Position numbers and translations under genes: made by a program. Shown here piece by piece: positions 27,085-41,544 of a DNA stretch of 64,000 nucleotides. Numbering within the stretch: position 1 is the stretch's first letter; each line of letters begins with the position of its first letter. Below the pieces are notes generated by a model, which was not told the origin of the DNA, made no database searches, and saw nothing but the letters and a program-made list of their open reading frames with translations. This stretch comes from Lama guanicoe. Its lineage: Eukaryota. The stretch lies in NCBI GenBank assembly GCA_013239625.1, contig MU053557.1, positions 1,433,063-1,497,062 on the forward strand. Reading direction: 5' to 3'.

Positions 27085-27557
27085 ATGGAAAAGAAGTAAG
27101 AATCCATAGGAAAGGGAAAACCCTCACTAGAAAAGGCAAATATATAGTAAGGACTAAGAATCAACCACTTAAATAAGCCAGTCCATAGATTAAAAGACAA
27201 ACAATTGTAAAAGTGGCTATAATTACAGTAAACAGTGAAGGGATATGCATGAAGATGATGTAAAATACGACATCAGAAACACGAAAGGTGAGACAGCAGA
27301 GTAAAAACTTTTGGAATGTGTTGGAACTTAAATGACTACCCATTTAAACATGTAAATATAATTATAGGTCAACATATATAAACCACATGATGACCATGCA
27401 TCAAAAACCTAAGATAGATGCACAAAAACTAAAAAGAAAGGAACACAAGCATACTACTGAAGAGAAACTGAAGATTCCTTCAAACCACGAGGGAAGAAAC
27501 AAAAGAAGAAATTAACAAAAAAAATTATATAAAAATAACCAGAAAACAAGTAATAAA

Positions 27558-30500
27558 ATGGCAATAAGTACATACTTGTCTATAGTTACTTTAAATGTAA
27601 AGAGACTAAATGTACCAATCAAAAGACTTAGGGTGGCTCACTGGATAAAACAAAACCCTTCATTGTGCTGCCTACAGAAGACTCATTTCAAGGCTGAAGA
27701 CACACACACACTGAAAGTGAGGGGAGGGAAAAAGATACTTCATGCAAATGGAAACACTAAGAAAGGTGGGGTTACAATATTAATCAGACAAAATGGCTTT
27801 ATAACAAAGTCATTAACAAAAGACAAAGAAGGGCATTATATAATGATAAAGGGATCCGTACAAGAAGAGGGTATTACACTCATTAACATATATATGCATC
27901 TAATACAGAAGCAGCTAAATAAATAAGTACTGAGACATAACGGGAGAAACTGACAATAACGGTAGGGGACTTTAACACCCCACTGACATCAGTGGACAGA
28001 CCATCCAGACAGAAGTGGTCGTCAATGACACAATAGGCCAGTTGTAATTACTAGATATATAAAGGACATTCCATCCCAAAACAGCAGAATACACATTCTT
28101 TTCAAGTGCACAGGGAATGTTCTCCAGGAGAGAAAACATGCTAGGACACTGAACAAGTATCAACAAATTTAAAAAGACAGAAATTACATCAATCATTATT
28201 TCTGACCACAACAGTATGAAACTAGATATCACTTACAGAAAAAAATAATAAAGAATAAACACATGAAGACTAAACATGACACTAAAAAAATCAGTGAGTC
28301 AATGAAGAGATCAGAGAAAATATCAGAAAATATCTCCAGACAAATCAAAATGAAACCATAGCACTGCAGAATCTACAGGATGCACCCAAAGCAGTTCTGA
28401 GAGGGAAGCTGATAGCTATACAGGCCTTTCTCAACCAACAAGAAAAAATTTCAAATGAAAAACCTAACCTGCCACCTAAAGGAATTAGAAAAAGAAGCAC
28501 AAAGCCCAAAGTCAGCAGAAGGGAGGGAGGAAATAACAAAGATCAGAGATAAAATTTTAAAAATAGATTAAAAAAATAGAAAAAAATCTAAGAAACCAAG
28601 AGCTGGTTTTTTGAAAAGATAAACAAAATTGATAAACCTTTAGTCACGTTCATTAAGAAAAAAAAGAAAGAGGACCCCCCCCAAAAAAAACAAGGAATGA
28701 AAGAAGAGAAATAACACCCATCAACAGAGAAATTCAAAAACTCAGAATGCTACAAACTGTTACATGCTCCCCTAAAAACACTGGACAATGTAGAAGAAAT
28801 GGACAAATTTCTAGAAACACACAACCTGCCAAGACTGAACCAAAAAGAAGGACAATTTGAACAGACCAATCACTAACAATGAAATTGAATTTATAGTGGG
28901 AAAAAAAAACCTCCCAGCAAACAAAAGTCCAAGACCAGATGGCTTCACAGGCAAATCCTATCAAACATATAAAGAACTAATACCTGTCCCTCTCAAAAAT
29001 ATTCCAAAAAATTGAAGAGGAGGGACTCTCCCAAATGTATCCTGTGAGGCCACCATTACCGGACCAAAACCAGACAAAGACACTACAAAAAAAAAAAGTC
29101 ACAGACCAACATCTTTGATGAATATTGATACAAAAATCCTAAACAAAATATTAGCAAACAGAATCCAACAATATAATAAAAAGGATCACACACCACAATC
29201 AAGTTGGATCTATTACAGGGACACAATGATGGTTCAACATTCACAAATAAATCAAAGTGATAAAGCGTGTTTGAAAAAAGGATAAAAATCACATAATCAT
29301 CTCCACAGATGCAGAAAAAAGTGACAAAATTCAACATCCATTCATGATGAAAAAAAAATTCTCATCAAAGTGGAAACAGAGGAAACATGTCTCAACACAA
29401 TAAAGGCCATTTATGGCAAACCCACAACTAACATCATACTCCATGGTGAAAAGCTGGAAGCCTTTCCTCTAAATTCAGGAACACATCAAGGATGTGTACT
29501 CTCACCACTTCTATTTAACACAGTTATTGGAAATCTTAGCCACAGCCATCAGACAAGGAGAAAGAAGGTGTCCAAATTCGAAGGGAAGAAGTAAAACTAT
29601 CACTATTTGTGGAAGACATGATACTTTATATGTAAGCCCCAAAAGCTCCACCCCAAAACTATTAGAATTAATAAATGAATTCAGAAAAGTGCATTATATA
29701 AGATTATTATACAGAAGTTTGTTGCTTTTTTATACACTAGTAAACTATCAGAAAGAGAAAACAAGAAAACAATTTTGTTTGAAATTGCATAAAAAAGAAT
29801 AAAGTACTAGGAATAAACTTAACCATGCGGGTAAGAGACCTGTCTTCTGAAAACTGAATCACTGATGACAGAAATTGAAAATTAATGCTCCCAGGTTGGA
29901 AGAATTAATATTATTAAAATGGCCATAGTACACAAAGCAATCTACAGACTTAACACAATCCCCATCAAAATACTCATTACACTGTTCACAAAACAAGAAC
30001 ATGTAGTCCTAAAATTTATGTGGAACCACAAAAGACCCTGAACTGCCACAGCAATCTTTGGAAAAAAGAACAAGGCTAGAGGTATCACACTCCCAGACTT
30101 CAGACTATACTATAAAGCTATAGCACGGCACTGGCACCAACAGACATACAGATCAATGGAACAGAATAGCGAGCCCAGAAATGAACCTGTACACCTATGA
30201 TCAATTAATCTATGACAAAGAGACAAGAAAATATAACAGAGCAAAGAGAATGTTTCCAAGAAGGGGTGCTGGGAAAACTGGACAGCTACATGTAAAACAA
30301 TGAGATTAGAACATTTCCTCACACCACATACAAAAATAAACTCAAAATGGATTAAAGACCAAACTTAAGATCTGAAACCATAAATTCTTGGAAGAGAATA
30401 TGGGCAAATCACTCTTTGATATAAATCACTGCAGTATTTTTCGAGATCCTAAAGCAAAATAAACAAAAGCAAAAATAAATAAAACCTAATTAAACTTAAA

Positions 30501-31273
30501 AGCATTTGCACAGCAAAGATAATCATTTTAAAAAATGAAAAGACAACCTACAGAATGGGAGAAAATATTTCCAAATGATATGACTGACAAGGGTGAATAT
30601 CCAAAATATGTAAACAGTTCATACAACTCTATTAAAAACAAACAACTCAATCAAATCATGGGTAGAAGACCTGAAAAGACATTTTTCCAAAGAAGACATA
30701 CAGATGGCCAACAGGCACATGAAAAGATGCTCAATATTGCTAATCATCAGAGAAATGCAAATCAAAACCCCAATGAAATACTACCTCACAGCTGTCAGAA
30801 TGGCTATTATCAAAAAGAACACAAATAACAAATGTCGGCAAGGATGTAGAGAAAAGGGAATCCTTGTGCACTGTTGGTAGGAATGTGAATTGGCACAGCC
30901 ACTATGGAAAACAGTATGGAGGTTTCTTAAAACACTTAAAATAGAGCTACCCTGTGGTCCAGCAGTCCCACTCTTGGGCATATATCTAGAAAAGATGAAA
31001 ACGAATTCTAAAAGATAACATGCACTCCAGTGTTCACAGCAGCACTATGGACCATTGCCAAGACATGGAAGCAACCCACATGTTCATCAACAGATGAATA
31101 GATAAAGATGTTTTCTATATACACACACACAATGGAATATTATTCAGCCATAAAAAGAATGAAATTCTGCCATTTGCAACAACATGAATGGACCTAGGGA
31201 ACATCATGCTTTGTGAAATGAGTCAGACAGAAAGACAAATACTGTATGATATCAGTTATATGTATGAATCTAA
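27558..31273 (+). pseudogene. Disrupted L1 ORF2 of the older element
   Basis: ORF-track fragments 27558-27926 (endonuclease), 29370-29594 ([13 protein letters not shown]) and 30535-30828 ([11 protein letters not shown]) are colinear with the intact ORF2 but broken by frameshifts and stops. Confidence 0.92.
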
Positions 31274-33519
31274 AAAATAATGCGAATGAATATATATGCA
31301 AAATGAAGCAGACTCAATCACAGATATAAATAACGAACAAGTAGTTTCCAAAAGGGAAAGGAAAGGGGAGGGGGCAAATTAGTGTAGGGATTAAAAGATA
31401 CAAACTACTATGTATAAAATAGATAAGCAACAAGGATACACTGTATAGCAGAGGGAATTATAGCCATTATCTTCTAGTAACTTTTAATGGAGTATAATCT
31501 CTGAAATAACTGAATCACAGTGCTGTGTATCTGAAACTAATACAATGTTATAAATCAACTGTATTTCCATTAAAAATTTAAAAATGTTATTATTTTGTAA
31601 TTGGAAAAACATGTACATATGCTAATTTTGCAAAACCGGATCATGCTGCATTGGAGCCAAGAACTCCCAAACCAGTGAGGCAACAATGCAGGGGCAGTAG
31701 TCAGGAGAGCTAGGGATTGTGACCACCTGGAGAGCAGAGGCCAAGTCTCAAGGGGCAGAGCCTCCCACCTGCAGGTCTCTGCTTCCAGGTGGATGTGATC
31801 TGAATGTTGCCAGAGCTCCAAAATCCAAGGGTTTTAGGGAGGACTTGAAAATAAGATTGTTCTAAGGGAAAATATCCTGGTTTTTATATATTGGCAACTA
31901 GTTTACAAAACTGACACTGTGCAAGTCAAACCAAACACATCCACAGGCTAGATTCCACCAGAGGAAGAGAGTCATCTCTTCTATAGCTGCTCTTTCATTT
32001 CCTGCCTTTTCCACTCAGCTTTACCAACTGACCACTTCCCGTGTCCTTCAATAGTCTGTGTAAGCATTAATCTTAATGACAATTCAGAATTTAAATCATA
32101 GACGTGTGTCATTATTTATACTGCTCTATCCCTAATATTTGCACAATATATTGTTTGCTTTTTGTTATTCTTACTAATGCTTTTGTGAGTGTTCTTATAT
32201 ATAAACCTTTATGCACAACTCTATCTGTATTAATTGCTAGAAGTGGTATTACTAGCTCATAACACAGTGACAATTTTAATGTACACATAGCCTAAATCGC
32301 TGTCAAAATTGTTACCCCAATTTTCCCTCCCACTAACAATGTTTGAGAATACTGTATCTATGGCAGCCTTACCGTTATTTTGGATTTTTTTGTTTGTTTT
32401 TAATTTTAGAAATTTAGCAGGTGAAATAATGTTGCAATTGCATTTTTACTTAATAGTTTGGGATTAGACTTCAAACTGGGAACATTTTCCTTTTTCCTGG
32501 AATCACTGTATTTCATAATCCAATAATAGTTTATGACAAAAATAATTACCTAGACAAAACAGTGGTTCACTGATAATTGCATTACTGAGAACAGAGTAAA
32601 AGTCACCTTGCTAGAATGTAATTGAATGCTCATACACATTCCATTCTTTTCATTTATTCAGCTTAGGGGACTGATTAAGCCAAGAAACAGCCAAGGAAAA
32701 CTACTCTGTTTTTGAAGCGTAAATGACAATGCATATTTCAAAGTATAAATGTCTCTTGCTTTGCAGGGCCAATACATTTCAGCAAAATTGGCTATAAAGT
32801 GAATCGTGTTTCCCTACAGACTTTTGATATAAAATCAGCAATACGTTGTTTTAGCAAGAAAAAAAAAAACGACTAACTCTAGCAATAAAAATAGCTTAAG
32901 TGCAAAGAAAGATTACCAGGTTGTGTGATGTTGCATGGATTCATTTATTCATCCAGCAGATATCTGAGCGCCTGTAAGGTGGCAGCATCATGCCAGGGAC
33001 TGAGGATATAGCAGACAGACACTAAAACAGAATGTCATACCTTATAGCACGTGCCAAGCTTTGAGTTCATGCCTCACTTGAGGGACTTACAGCCCATGCT
33101 AAGGGCCAGGTTTGGCCCTAGTTCCTAGGATGACTTGCCCTCTTCCCATGCTGTAATTGCTTATGAGATAGAATACAACTAAAACGCAAAGGTGGAGTTT
33201 GCAGGCAGATGTCACCATGCAGTACATGCCATATACTCCTTTCTTAGATGGAGCTGTTAATTTCACATAGCACTTTAAAATCGGTTTTGTAAATTTTATT
33301 TTTGCTTAAATGAATTTTCTTCAAATAAAGAATACTTTATCTTAGCTAAGAAGTTATTCCTAGCATTCCCAAAAGCATTTAGCAAAGACCTATTAGTAAA
33401 AGACCCTAGAAATGTTGGGCTCTTGACTGATTGTCAAGCATGTATGGGAACTGCTTTTAAGGAATTTGCATTTTTTCAGGGCATTAAAACCAAAAGAAAG
33501 AATAAGTGAATAAATAAAT

Positions 33520-33850
33520 TATATGTTGTCATGCTAAGTGCTATAAAAGAGTAAATCTACTATAAGTAGGATAATCAGGAAAAGCATCCCTGAGAATATT
33601 TTTTTTAAATCTAGGCGCCTCACATGTGAAGGTTGGGGGTAATCATGTCCCAAGCAGCAGAAACAGCAAGTGCAAAGGCCCTGGGGCAGGAAAAAAGAGA
33701 CCTATTTGAAAAATGAATAAAAACCAGTGTGACTGGAGTTCAGGAGGAGACAGGAAATGTGTCAGGAAAGGTGCATAAGGCTAGATCCTTTAGGGGCTTG
33801 TAAATCACAGTACGGAATTTAGATTTATTTTTTAAAATGAGAAACCATAA
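33520..33850 (-). mobile_element. L2 fragment
   Basis: AGAAACAGCAAGTGCAAAGGCCCTGGGGCAGGAA...CCAGTGTGACTGGAG. Confidence 0.75.
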
Positions 33851-35749
33851 TAGGAGAAAACAAATAGTGACAACTGGATGATATTTTAGGTGCACAATAC
33901 TGATTTTTCCAGGACCAAAATTTACAAGAGATATGGGACTAAGTTCTCTACTAGTATTAGAATGGGTATTTTAAAGATAAAAGAGCTAACCATACTCAAG
34001 AATGAAAGAAAACAGATGTGATGATTGTACAAAAGAATCCAAAGAATATGTGAATAAGTAGCATGTGACTGCATGGGAATGACTTCCATCCAGAACTTTT
34101 CTGGAGACAGAGAACTTCACCCTGCAGGCATGGCTGGTAACCCAAACCAGCACTGGAATGGTCAGTCTCCATTGCAGGCAATACTTATAAAGCATATTCT
34201 GCTGTGAGCATGGGATTAAAAGGTACCTAACCACATTAGGGTGGGGTGCCAGTGCAACCTGAGAAAAAATGCATTTTGATGTGACATCGGGTGTAGGTGG
34301 ACTATTTTCATAGTGGTCTTTCAAGCCCCATGAAAGGTGTAATAAGCTTTATCTGATTTGTAATTTCTGGTGTAACTATTTTGGAGGGATCTGTATAATT
34401 CCTGTGATCACAAATGACTATATATGGTTTACTCAAATACCTACATGGGATTTTTTTTCCCATATTGAAGAAACAATTATTAGAAAACAATTCTTAAGTT
34501 ATCGTTAACTTTGCATGGTGGTTTATTTCTCTCCATCTCCCATATGTCTCTAATGTTGGTGTCAGTGTTTATAAAAGTAAGTTTTGTTTCAAATCTACTA
34601 CTCCTCCTTCCTGGAAACACATGTAACGTGTTGCTTTTTGTGACAAAAGGCATCAAATATTTTAATATCAAATGGTGATTGATGAGGCACGTTGGTGGAG
34701 AACTGTTGTCCAATTATAATAATGAACTCAGTTGATATCAGGGCCAGTGAAAAGGACATGAGCTGCCTCAGGAAATCCAAGAGCTTATATTTACATCCAC
34801 ATTTGAAGATGCCTTTTCATCCTATTCCTTCATCCACACGCTCTGTAGGACCAGGGATTTTATTATGTAGAGGAAATAATAGAGAAGCTTAAGGAAAAAA
34901 CCTTTCTTACATCCCCAAGAATAACCACCGTACTACTTCAAAAGTAGCAAAACATGAGTCCCAGACTGGAGGGAGACCACTGAACTTAATTTCCCATGGC
35001 ATTTCCCATGTATTATGTTTGCTTATACCAAATGGATATGGCCATTTTTAGCTCGGATTTTCAATGGTTTATTTTTTCATCTCATCTGTGCTCAGATGCA
35101 CAATTTCATCTGTTCACACCTGCGTAAAAAACACGTTGGCTGTGTAGAAAACTGTTACTGCTTCTACTACATGGGACTGGAGCCCTAAATGCCTAACAGG
35201 TCAGCTGCTTCCAAAGAAAGCAAAAGATTCATCGGGATTTAGATTCCCTTTATGATTGTCTAGTGCAAATGAAAACCCTTTGTCCTGTCTGTGCTGACAT
35301 TTCTTGTCTAATCCTTTCACCAGAACCTTTATCCCTTGTTAGATGAACTACCTCACTGATGACTTCTACTAGGACAGTTGGAATTCTGCTTCATGATTTA
35401 GCTAAACAAGCTCTCAAGAGTGATTTATGGGGAAAAACTATGCAAGATTAAGCAATATCTTTCCTACATCTTCATGAGGGACTTAAGGTACAATCAAAAT
35501 CCACATTCAGCTCCAAATGTAAGTTCACGTCAAAAGTAGGCCTTTGATTTTTATTCCTAAGCTGTGAATACAAAACCAACATCATCTCTGGTTTCAATTA
35601 CATAAGAGAGTCACAAAAAGAGCCTGCATCTGTTTCTGTGGATTTAACATCTTCAACAAACCACACTGCAGAAATTTGAGGGAAGTTTGTGTTTCTAAAC
35701 TAGAAACTTACCCCTTACATCACAAGCACCAGATAATGGAGACATGTGT

Positions 35750-36230
35750 ATTCATTCATGAACACAAGAAATATATCATGGTCACTGTACTATGGTGAAT
35801 ACAACAAGACTCGGTCCCTTCTAGCAGGAATCTTATAGTATAATGAGAAAGTTTGACAATTAGGAAAAAACGCAAGAAATATAAAATTGCAATTGGGATA
35901 AGCAAGGCACAGGGAAGTTACAGGGTATACTGGGAACATGTAGCAGTGAGATCTAAACTAGCCTGTAGGTGGGTAAGGGTTCACTTTAAAGTGTAAGTGA
36001 CGTCTGAGATGAGATGTGAAAAATATTTCAGAGTTAAATAGGGGAGGCAGGGATTGTTGGAGAATACTAGGGACAAGTGTTTCCTGTGGCAAAGGGTATG
36101 ATTCTGTGAGAGACAGACAGAAGGTCAAAAAAAAAAAAGTAGGAGAAAGTGTGGAAAAGTGGCAAAGGATGAGGTTGGAAGGATAGACAGACTTGGTATA
36201 TTTTAGGTCTTCTATGCCATTTTAAGAAAA
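35750..36230 (-). mobile_element. L2 3' fragment
   Basis: TATTCATTCATGAAC terminus and degenerate L2 3' motifs. Confidence 0.6.
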
Positions 36231-36284
36231 TTATACTGTGTGTGTATATGTATGTATGTATGCATGTATGTATATGTGTGTGTG

Positions 36285-36626
36285 TGGTCCATATCCACAG
36301 GTTCCACATCAGCAGATTCAACCAATCATGGATTAGAAATACTCAGGAAAAAAAAATTCCAAAAAGTTCCAAAATTCAGAACTTCAATTTTCTGTGTGCC
36401 AGCAACTATTGATTTACAAAGCATTTTATTGCATTTACAACTCTGACATAGCATCTACATTGTATTAGATATGATAAGTCCTCTAGAGATGATTTAAAGT
36501 ATACAGGAAGATATGCATAGGTTATATTCAAGTACTATGCCAATTTATATAAAGGAGCATCCACAGATTTTGGTTTCTGAGGATGTCTTGGAACTAATCT
36601 CTGTGGCTACCAAGGGATGGCTGTGT
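36285..36626. mobile_element. MER2-like Tigger (TcMar) DNA transposon
   Basis: CCATATCCACAGGTTCCACATCAGCAGATTCAACCAA...CTAGAGATGATTTAAAGTATACAGGAAGAT...GAGCATCCACAGATTTTGGT...CCAAGGGATGGCTG. Confidence 0.85.
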
Positions 36627-36989
36627 ATCCTAAGGCAATATTGATAACTTTTATTGAATTCTGTTTGTGTCAGGTATCATCCTAAACACTTGACTCATAT
36701 TTACTTATTTGATAAAACAACCTTATAAAGGAGATGCAATTATTATTCCCATTTAGTTCATAAGGGAACAAAGTCCAGAGAGGTTGGTGTCACCTAGTAA
36801 ATAGCACAGCCACGCCTTGAAGCCAGGCAGTCTGTCTCTAGAGTCAACACTCTGTTGGCTCTGTGTTGAGGCCCTACATTGCCTCTCCAAATTAGAAAAC
36901 GTTTCAAGAGTGGTAAGTATGTGTGGCTGGCTCCACGCAACCCCTCTGTTCTCCACAGTGGGCCAAATCCATACAAAAAACCAACTTTC

Positions 36990-37362
36990 GAAGTCAGAGA
37001 AAGACAAATATCATATGATATCACTTATATGTGGAATCTAAAAAAACTGACACAGATTTACACACCAGATACAGACTCATAGGCATAGGAAACAAACTAT
37101 GGTTACCAAAAGGGAAAAGGAGGAGGAGGGGTAAAGTAGGAGTTTGGGATTAACGGATACACAGTGCTCTATATAAAACAGGTAAACAACAAGGATCTAC
37201 TGTACAGCACAGGGAACTACATTCAATTTCTTGCAATGAGCTACAGTGGAAAAGAATCTGAAATATATATGTATATGTGTAACTGAGTTGCTTCGCTGTA
37301 CACCTACCTGAAACTAACATTGTAAATCAGCTACACTTCAATAAAAATACAACTGACAAAAA
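36990..37362 (+). mobile_element. 5'-truncated L1 3' end
   Basis: AGAGAAAGACAAATATCATATGATATCACTTATATGTGGAATCTAAAAA, L1 3'UTR (CTGTACAGCACAGGGAACTAC), and AATAAA tail. Confidence 0.92.
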
Positions 37363-38179
37363 AGAACCCAGCTTCTCGTGGGGGTTAGATGAGTCTATAC
37401 ACACAAAGCACTTAGTACAGGGTCTTGTACATAAAGTGTACTGTAAGGTGCTGTGCAAAGTGTTACTTGTTGTTCATGTTGTTATTCTGTTGGAAGCTGA
37501 AAAATATAAAGCTGCACATGTGTGACATCATTAGACATAAAATTTTAAAAGATCACTGTAGCTACACTGAGACAATTGGCTTGGAGGGAAGGCGATGCAT
37601 GGAATAAGACCACCTCTGAAGCTACTGTGCTGTTCAGAAAGAGGGATAGTAGAGGGCTAGGAGGGAGGACCCGGAGAAGGAGCAAAATGAATGGAAGGAA
37701 GAAATATGAAACCATCAGGTCTTGTTGAGGACTGGGCTCTGGGGAGGAAGACAGAGATGATGAAGGTGGCTCTATGAGCTGGATGGGGTACTCCTGTCCA
37801 CAGAAGCTGATGATAGCATGCCACTGCAGGCTCGGGGGGAAAGATCTGAAGTGTGATTTTAATCTGCTGACTTTAATGACTTTTGACACATCCATGTAAA
37901 GATACTATTTCTGTGCTGTTTAATTCCAATAAAGAACTCAAAGCTACTTAACATTACAAACTGACGAGCTCATGCTACGAGGAACTCCAGATGTTTTATG
38001 TGACTTATTACAGCAGCCACCCATGAGGATGCACTGTTCCTCACAGTTTACAGTAAGTGTTCACTGACCCTGGAGCCTCTCTACTCAGCTTTACTTTTAA
38101 AAACTTTCAAAAAGTTGGTCACAAACCAAGTGGAAGGTATCCGGTGAGGTTCTTGGATGAACCTCCAGTGAACACATGG

Positions 38180-38620
38180 AGCTCACAGTTATAATAGAAA
38201 AGACAGCTTTAAACAGGTGATTCCAACAGCCATGAGTGCTGTGAAGAAGTTTAGTATGTTCTAGGAACACATAATGGGGAGGCCTAGACTCACCAGGGAG
38301 ATGGGACATCAGGGAAGGCCTCCTTGGGAAAGTGACACTTGAGCTGGGACCCGAAAGACAAATAGCATTTCACCGCGTGGAAGAGTAGGTGTGGGAGGAG
38401 AGAACAGGGTATCGATCAGCAATATCAGGTTGCATAAAGATTCAGATTCCATGGAGAATACAGCATGTCAAGGAACTAAAAGAAGGCCAGTTGGACAGAA
38501 GCAGAGTAATTTTTTAAAGAAAGCTAGAAATGAGGCTGAAGAGTAGGTAGGGACTGAATCATCTCAGGACTTAGAGCCACTTAAGGGACTTTGGGCTTTG
38601 TCTTAAAGACAATGGGAGAG
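38180..38620 (-). mobile_element. L2 fragment
   Basis: ATCAGGGAAGGCCTCCTTGGGAAAGTGACACTTGAGCTGGGACC...GAAGGCCAG. Confidence 0.72.
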
Positions 38621-39167
38621 AGGGATAGAATAACGGATCTCAGGCATTTTAGGTGATTCCTGGACCTAGAGTTTATCACAGCTCTTTCCTGGCTTCCTGC
38701 TATTCTGAAATATGCTACTCATATTTAACAGACTTAATGGAATAGAAAAAAGTAGGAAATTACATTCCTTGTGGCTATCTGTCTGTCTATCTATCATCCA
38801 TCTATCTACCTACCTGTCTGTCTTCTGCATGTTGCCTGCTCTTTGCTTTTGGTTTGGTTTCTTTGATTTTTCTGTCCCAAGAGATACCTCCAATCTCTGT
38901 GTGGATTTTAGTCCTGACCAAACTGCCAACCACACTCCCCTCTGCCCTAATTTCTGTGCTTCTTTCTTACATCACTACTTGCAACAAAATTGGTGCTCAC
39001 TGGACATGTCCACTTTCTGTCAAAAGAGCAAAGTGCACACCTATTCACTTGGAAAATTGTCTCTTTATATTAGCAAACTTAAGTCTGAAGTGGCAAATAT
39101 GGCTTTAAACATTTAGAAAAATGTTGTAATTCAGTCAAATACCTGATGGAAGTCTACACCTGGCTAA

Positions 39168-39187
39168 CACACACACACACACACACA
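39168..39187. repeat. (CA)n microsatellite
   Basis: About 10 CA units. Confidence 0.9.
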
Positions 39188-41544
39188 GTGTATGCCTCAT
39201 TATTATAGACACTGGCCAATGCCTAGAATCTCCATAGTTTTGTCAAAATGTCATCAGCCCAATGCACACCATCCTGGCTGTGTTGGGAACTGAGCATGTG
39301 ACAGTATGAGCTGTGAAGCAATATACAATCACAGTTCAGAAATGAGCATTTATGTTATTGAATGCTGCAAATGCACAGGCCTCAGATCTCTTTTTTTCAA
39401 CCATGAAAAACCCTACAGAAGTATATGAATGTGCAAGTAACAGCAATTGAAATACATTTAAGTTCCGGGTATTTACATCATTCTTCCCGAGAAAAATGGG
39501 CCCAATGAACTGAGAGCTTCACCTCACATTTGCTCGAGTGGTAACATAGCTCTGATGGCCCGCATTCCTTACAGTCCCACATTGGGAAGAAATAAGACTG
39601 ACTGTTGACCTTCGTTCATGGCAAGCCAAGAGGGTGTGTCTTCTCCACACTAACTTTATTACCAGCCCCACAAACCCAGAAAGAATAGTGAACAAAACAG
39701 ATGAAAATAGGAGTATGTATTTCAAGGCCTTTATGAATATCAGTATACATAGAAAATCCAATTTCTGTGACCTCTGATGGCTCTCAGTAATTTAGGACAG
39801 TGGTTTTAAAGTTTTTCACTTTAGCCTAAAGGCCTCATTCAAGAACTCAGCTTCTGAGTCCAAAACTTACCCCTGAGTCTTAGCAGTTTGCAAGCCTCTT
39901 GCCATGATAGTCACTCATGGACCAAAAGAAAATAGGAGAGGGGGAGACACTTCATGTACAGTTAACAGAACTGTTAGTGTTTAGTAGAAATGATTTTGTG
40001 GACATTTTTAGAGAACCCTTTTTAAGGTTTTTATTTCAGTTATTTTTTTTCCATGTGAGGTGAGTGAGTCAGACAAACATGGCTGCTCAGAGCAAGACTG
40101 TTTAAACAAAACACTGAAACCTTGACATAATCTAAAAACAGGTTGATTATGGAGGAGGGTGAGCATAGCTGGCAGTTTCCAGATGCACAGTAAGAAGGAC
40201 AAGAAGACAGATGGAATTCACCTTTCCATCATCCACCCAACCCTATGTGATTTGAAAGGATGCAAAAGTCTGCCCAGCTCTAGTTGACCCTGGACTCAGC
40301 GTCACTCATACGAATTCCTATCTAAGGAGCAGACTTAGGCATTGAAATCCAGCATTTTGTCGTCAGCCATGACTGAAAGGTGAGCTGGGCTGCAGTCTAG
40401 CCCAAAGAGCTGGCCATGTATCTGGACAGCCATGAGTAGGTCTTGAAACTTTTTTAAAATCCCCTTCTTGGACAATGGCTCTTTCTCACAAACCTAGGCC
40501 AGTCTAGGGATGGTCAAGCAGTATTGGAACCCAAAGCTTCCATCTTACTCCAGAATGGATAATTTAACCTAGACAGTTCCCAGAGTGAATGCTCAGTACA
40601 GCAACTTCAAAGCTCATTATCTGGCTGCAGAAACTGTATGCTACTTAAGATGCACGGTATAATGAACCATCAAGACTCATAGACAATCCTGAAGTTGAAC
40701 CAACTCTGTTCAGTGTCTAGCACAAAATAGAGGCTTAATAAAATATACTTAATGGTTAGACTTCCAAGTTTTAATGGGAGGTCAGTGTAAAACCGTATTT
40801 CCTGCACCATCAAGTACCAGCCTTAAATTCCTTGGCCTAATCATAAGAGATGCCATCAATTCAGAACAGATTCATTATCAGCTTTGCACAGCAAGTGGCC
40901 TTAGTGTTTTTATCTCAGGATAGACAAGAGACTAAGTTGTACCAAGGGATGTATAATCAGGACACTCATCATGTTATTTTGGACCGTCACCCTCTCCTGA
41001 GCCAGCCAGTATCATCTCTTGGGTTGAGACCCACATGCCATGCCACAGAGCAGTAAGGGCTACTTCCTGAACCCATGGGTACTTGCCTGTCAATGACTCA
41101 TGACTCTCAAAGCGGGATGCGATCCACTCTACTCCTCGATCCTCTCCATGGGATCTCTATCATAGTCATTCAGCTTCTTACTGGAAGCCCTTTATGTTCA
41201 GAGACTGGTCCCTCCACCTGTGTTAGATCAGGAGAAAAACCTTCTTCTGAGCCATAATTGGCCACCCCTTGGGGACACCTGGAGGGAGTTTAAGCCCTCA
41301 TTTGCATAACTTCTCAAGTGCTTGAACACAGCTATCATGATCTCTGATTCATTTCTTCTCTAGGATAAACTCTTGTTATTAATTTGTTGCAATCAAGGGC
41401 AGAACAGACTTAGTTCACAGATCAGAACAAAAGTGAGTAACTTTAAATTCATGTCCCAGGACCAAGTCAGCAAGAAAGAGAATTAAGAAAATCAGACCAG
41501 AAAATACATGTTTGACATTTCTCTATTAATCTTCATACAGTCTG

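Larger units (their letters stand above)
24645..31585 (+). mobile_element. Older full-length decayed L1 (cetartiodactyl-type subfamily)
   Basis: 5'UTR ~24645-26230, ORF1 remnant ending TAA ~27084, spacer, ORF2 remnant starting MAISTYLSIVTLNV at 27558, and 3'UTR to ~31585. Many stops and frameshifts. Confidence 0.93.

Noticed and set aside
24610..31600. TSD for the old full-length L1
   Set aside because: Only a weak AT-rich similarity (AACGTTTTAC vs AATGTTATTA), which is not supportable.
33986..34324. Minus ORF containing ALAPHPNVVRY, resembling kinase subdomain IV (HPNIVR), after an acceptor-like TTTTTCTCAG
   Set aside because: No other kinase motifs in frame or in neighbouring candidate exons. 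A short match like this is expected by chance.
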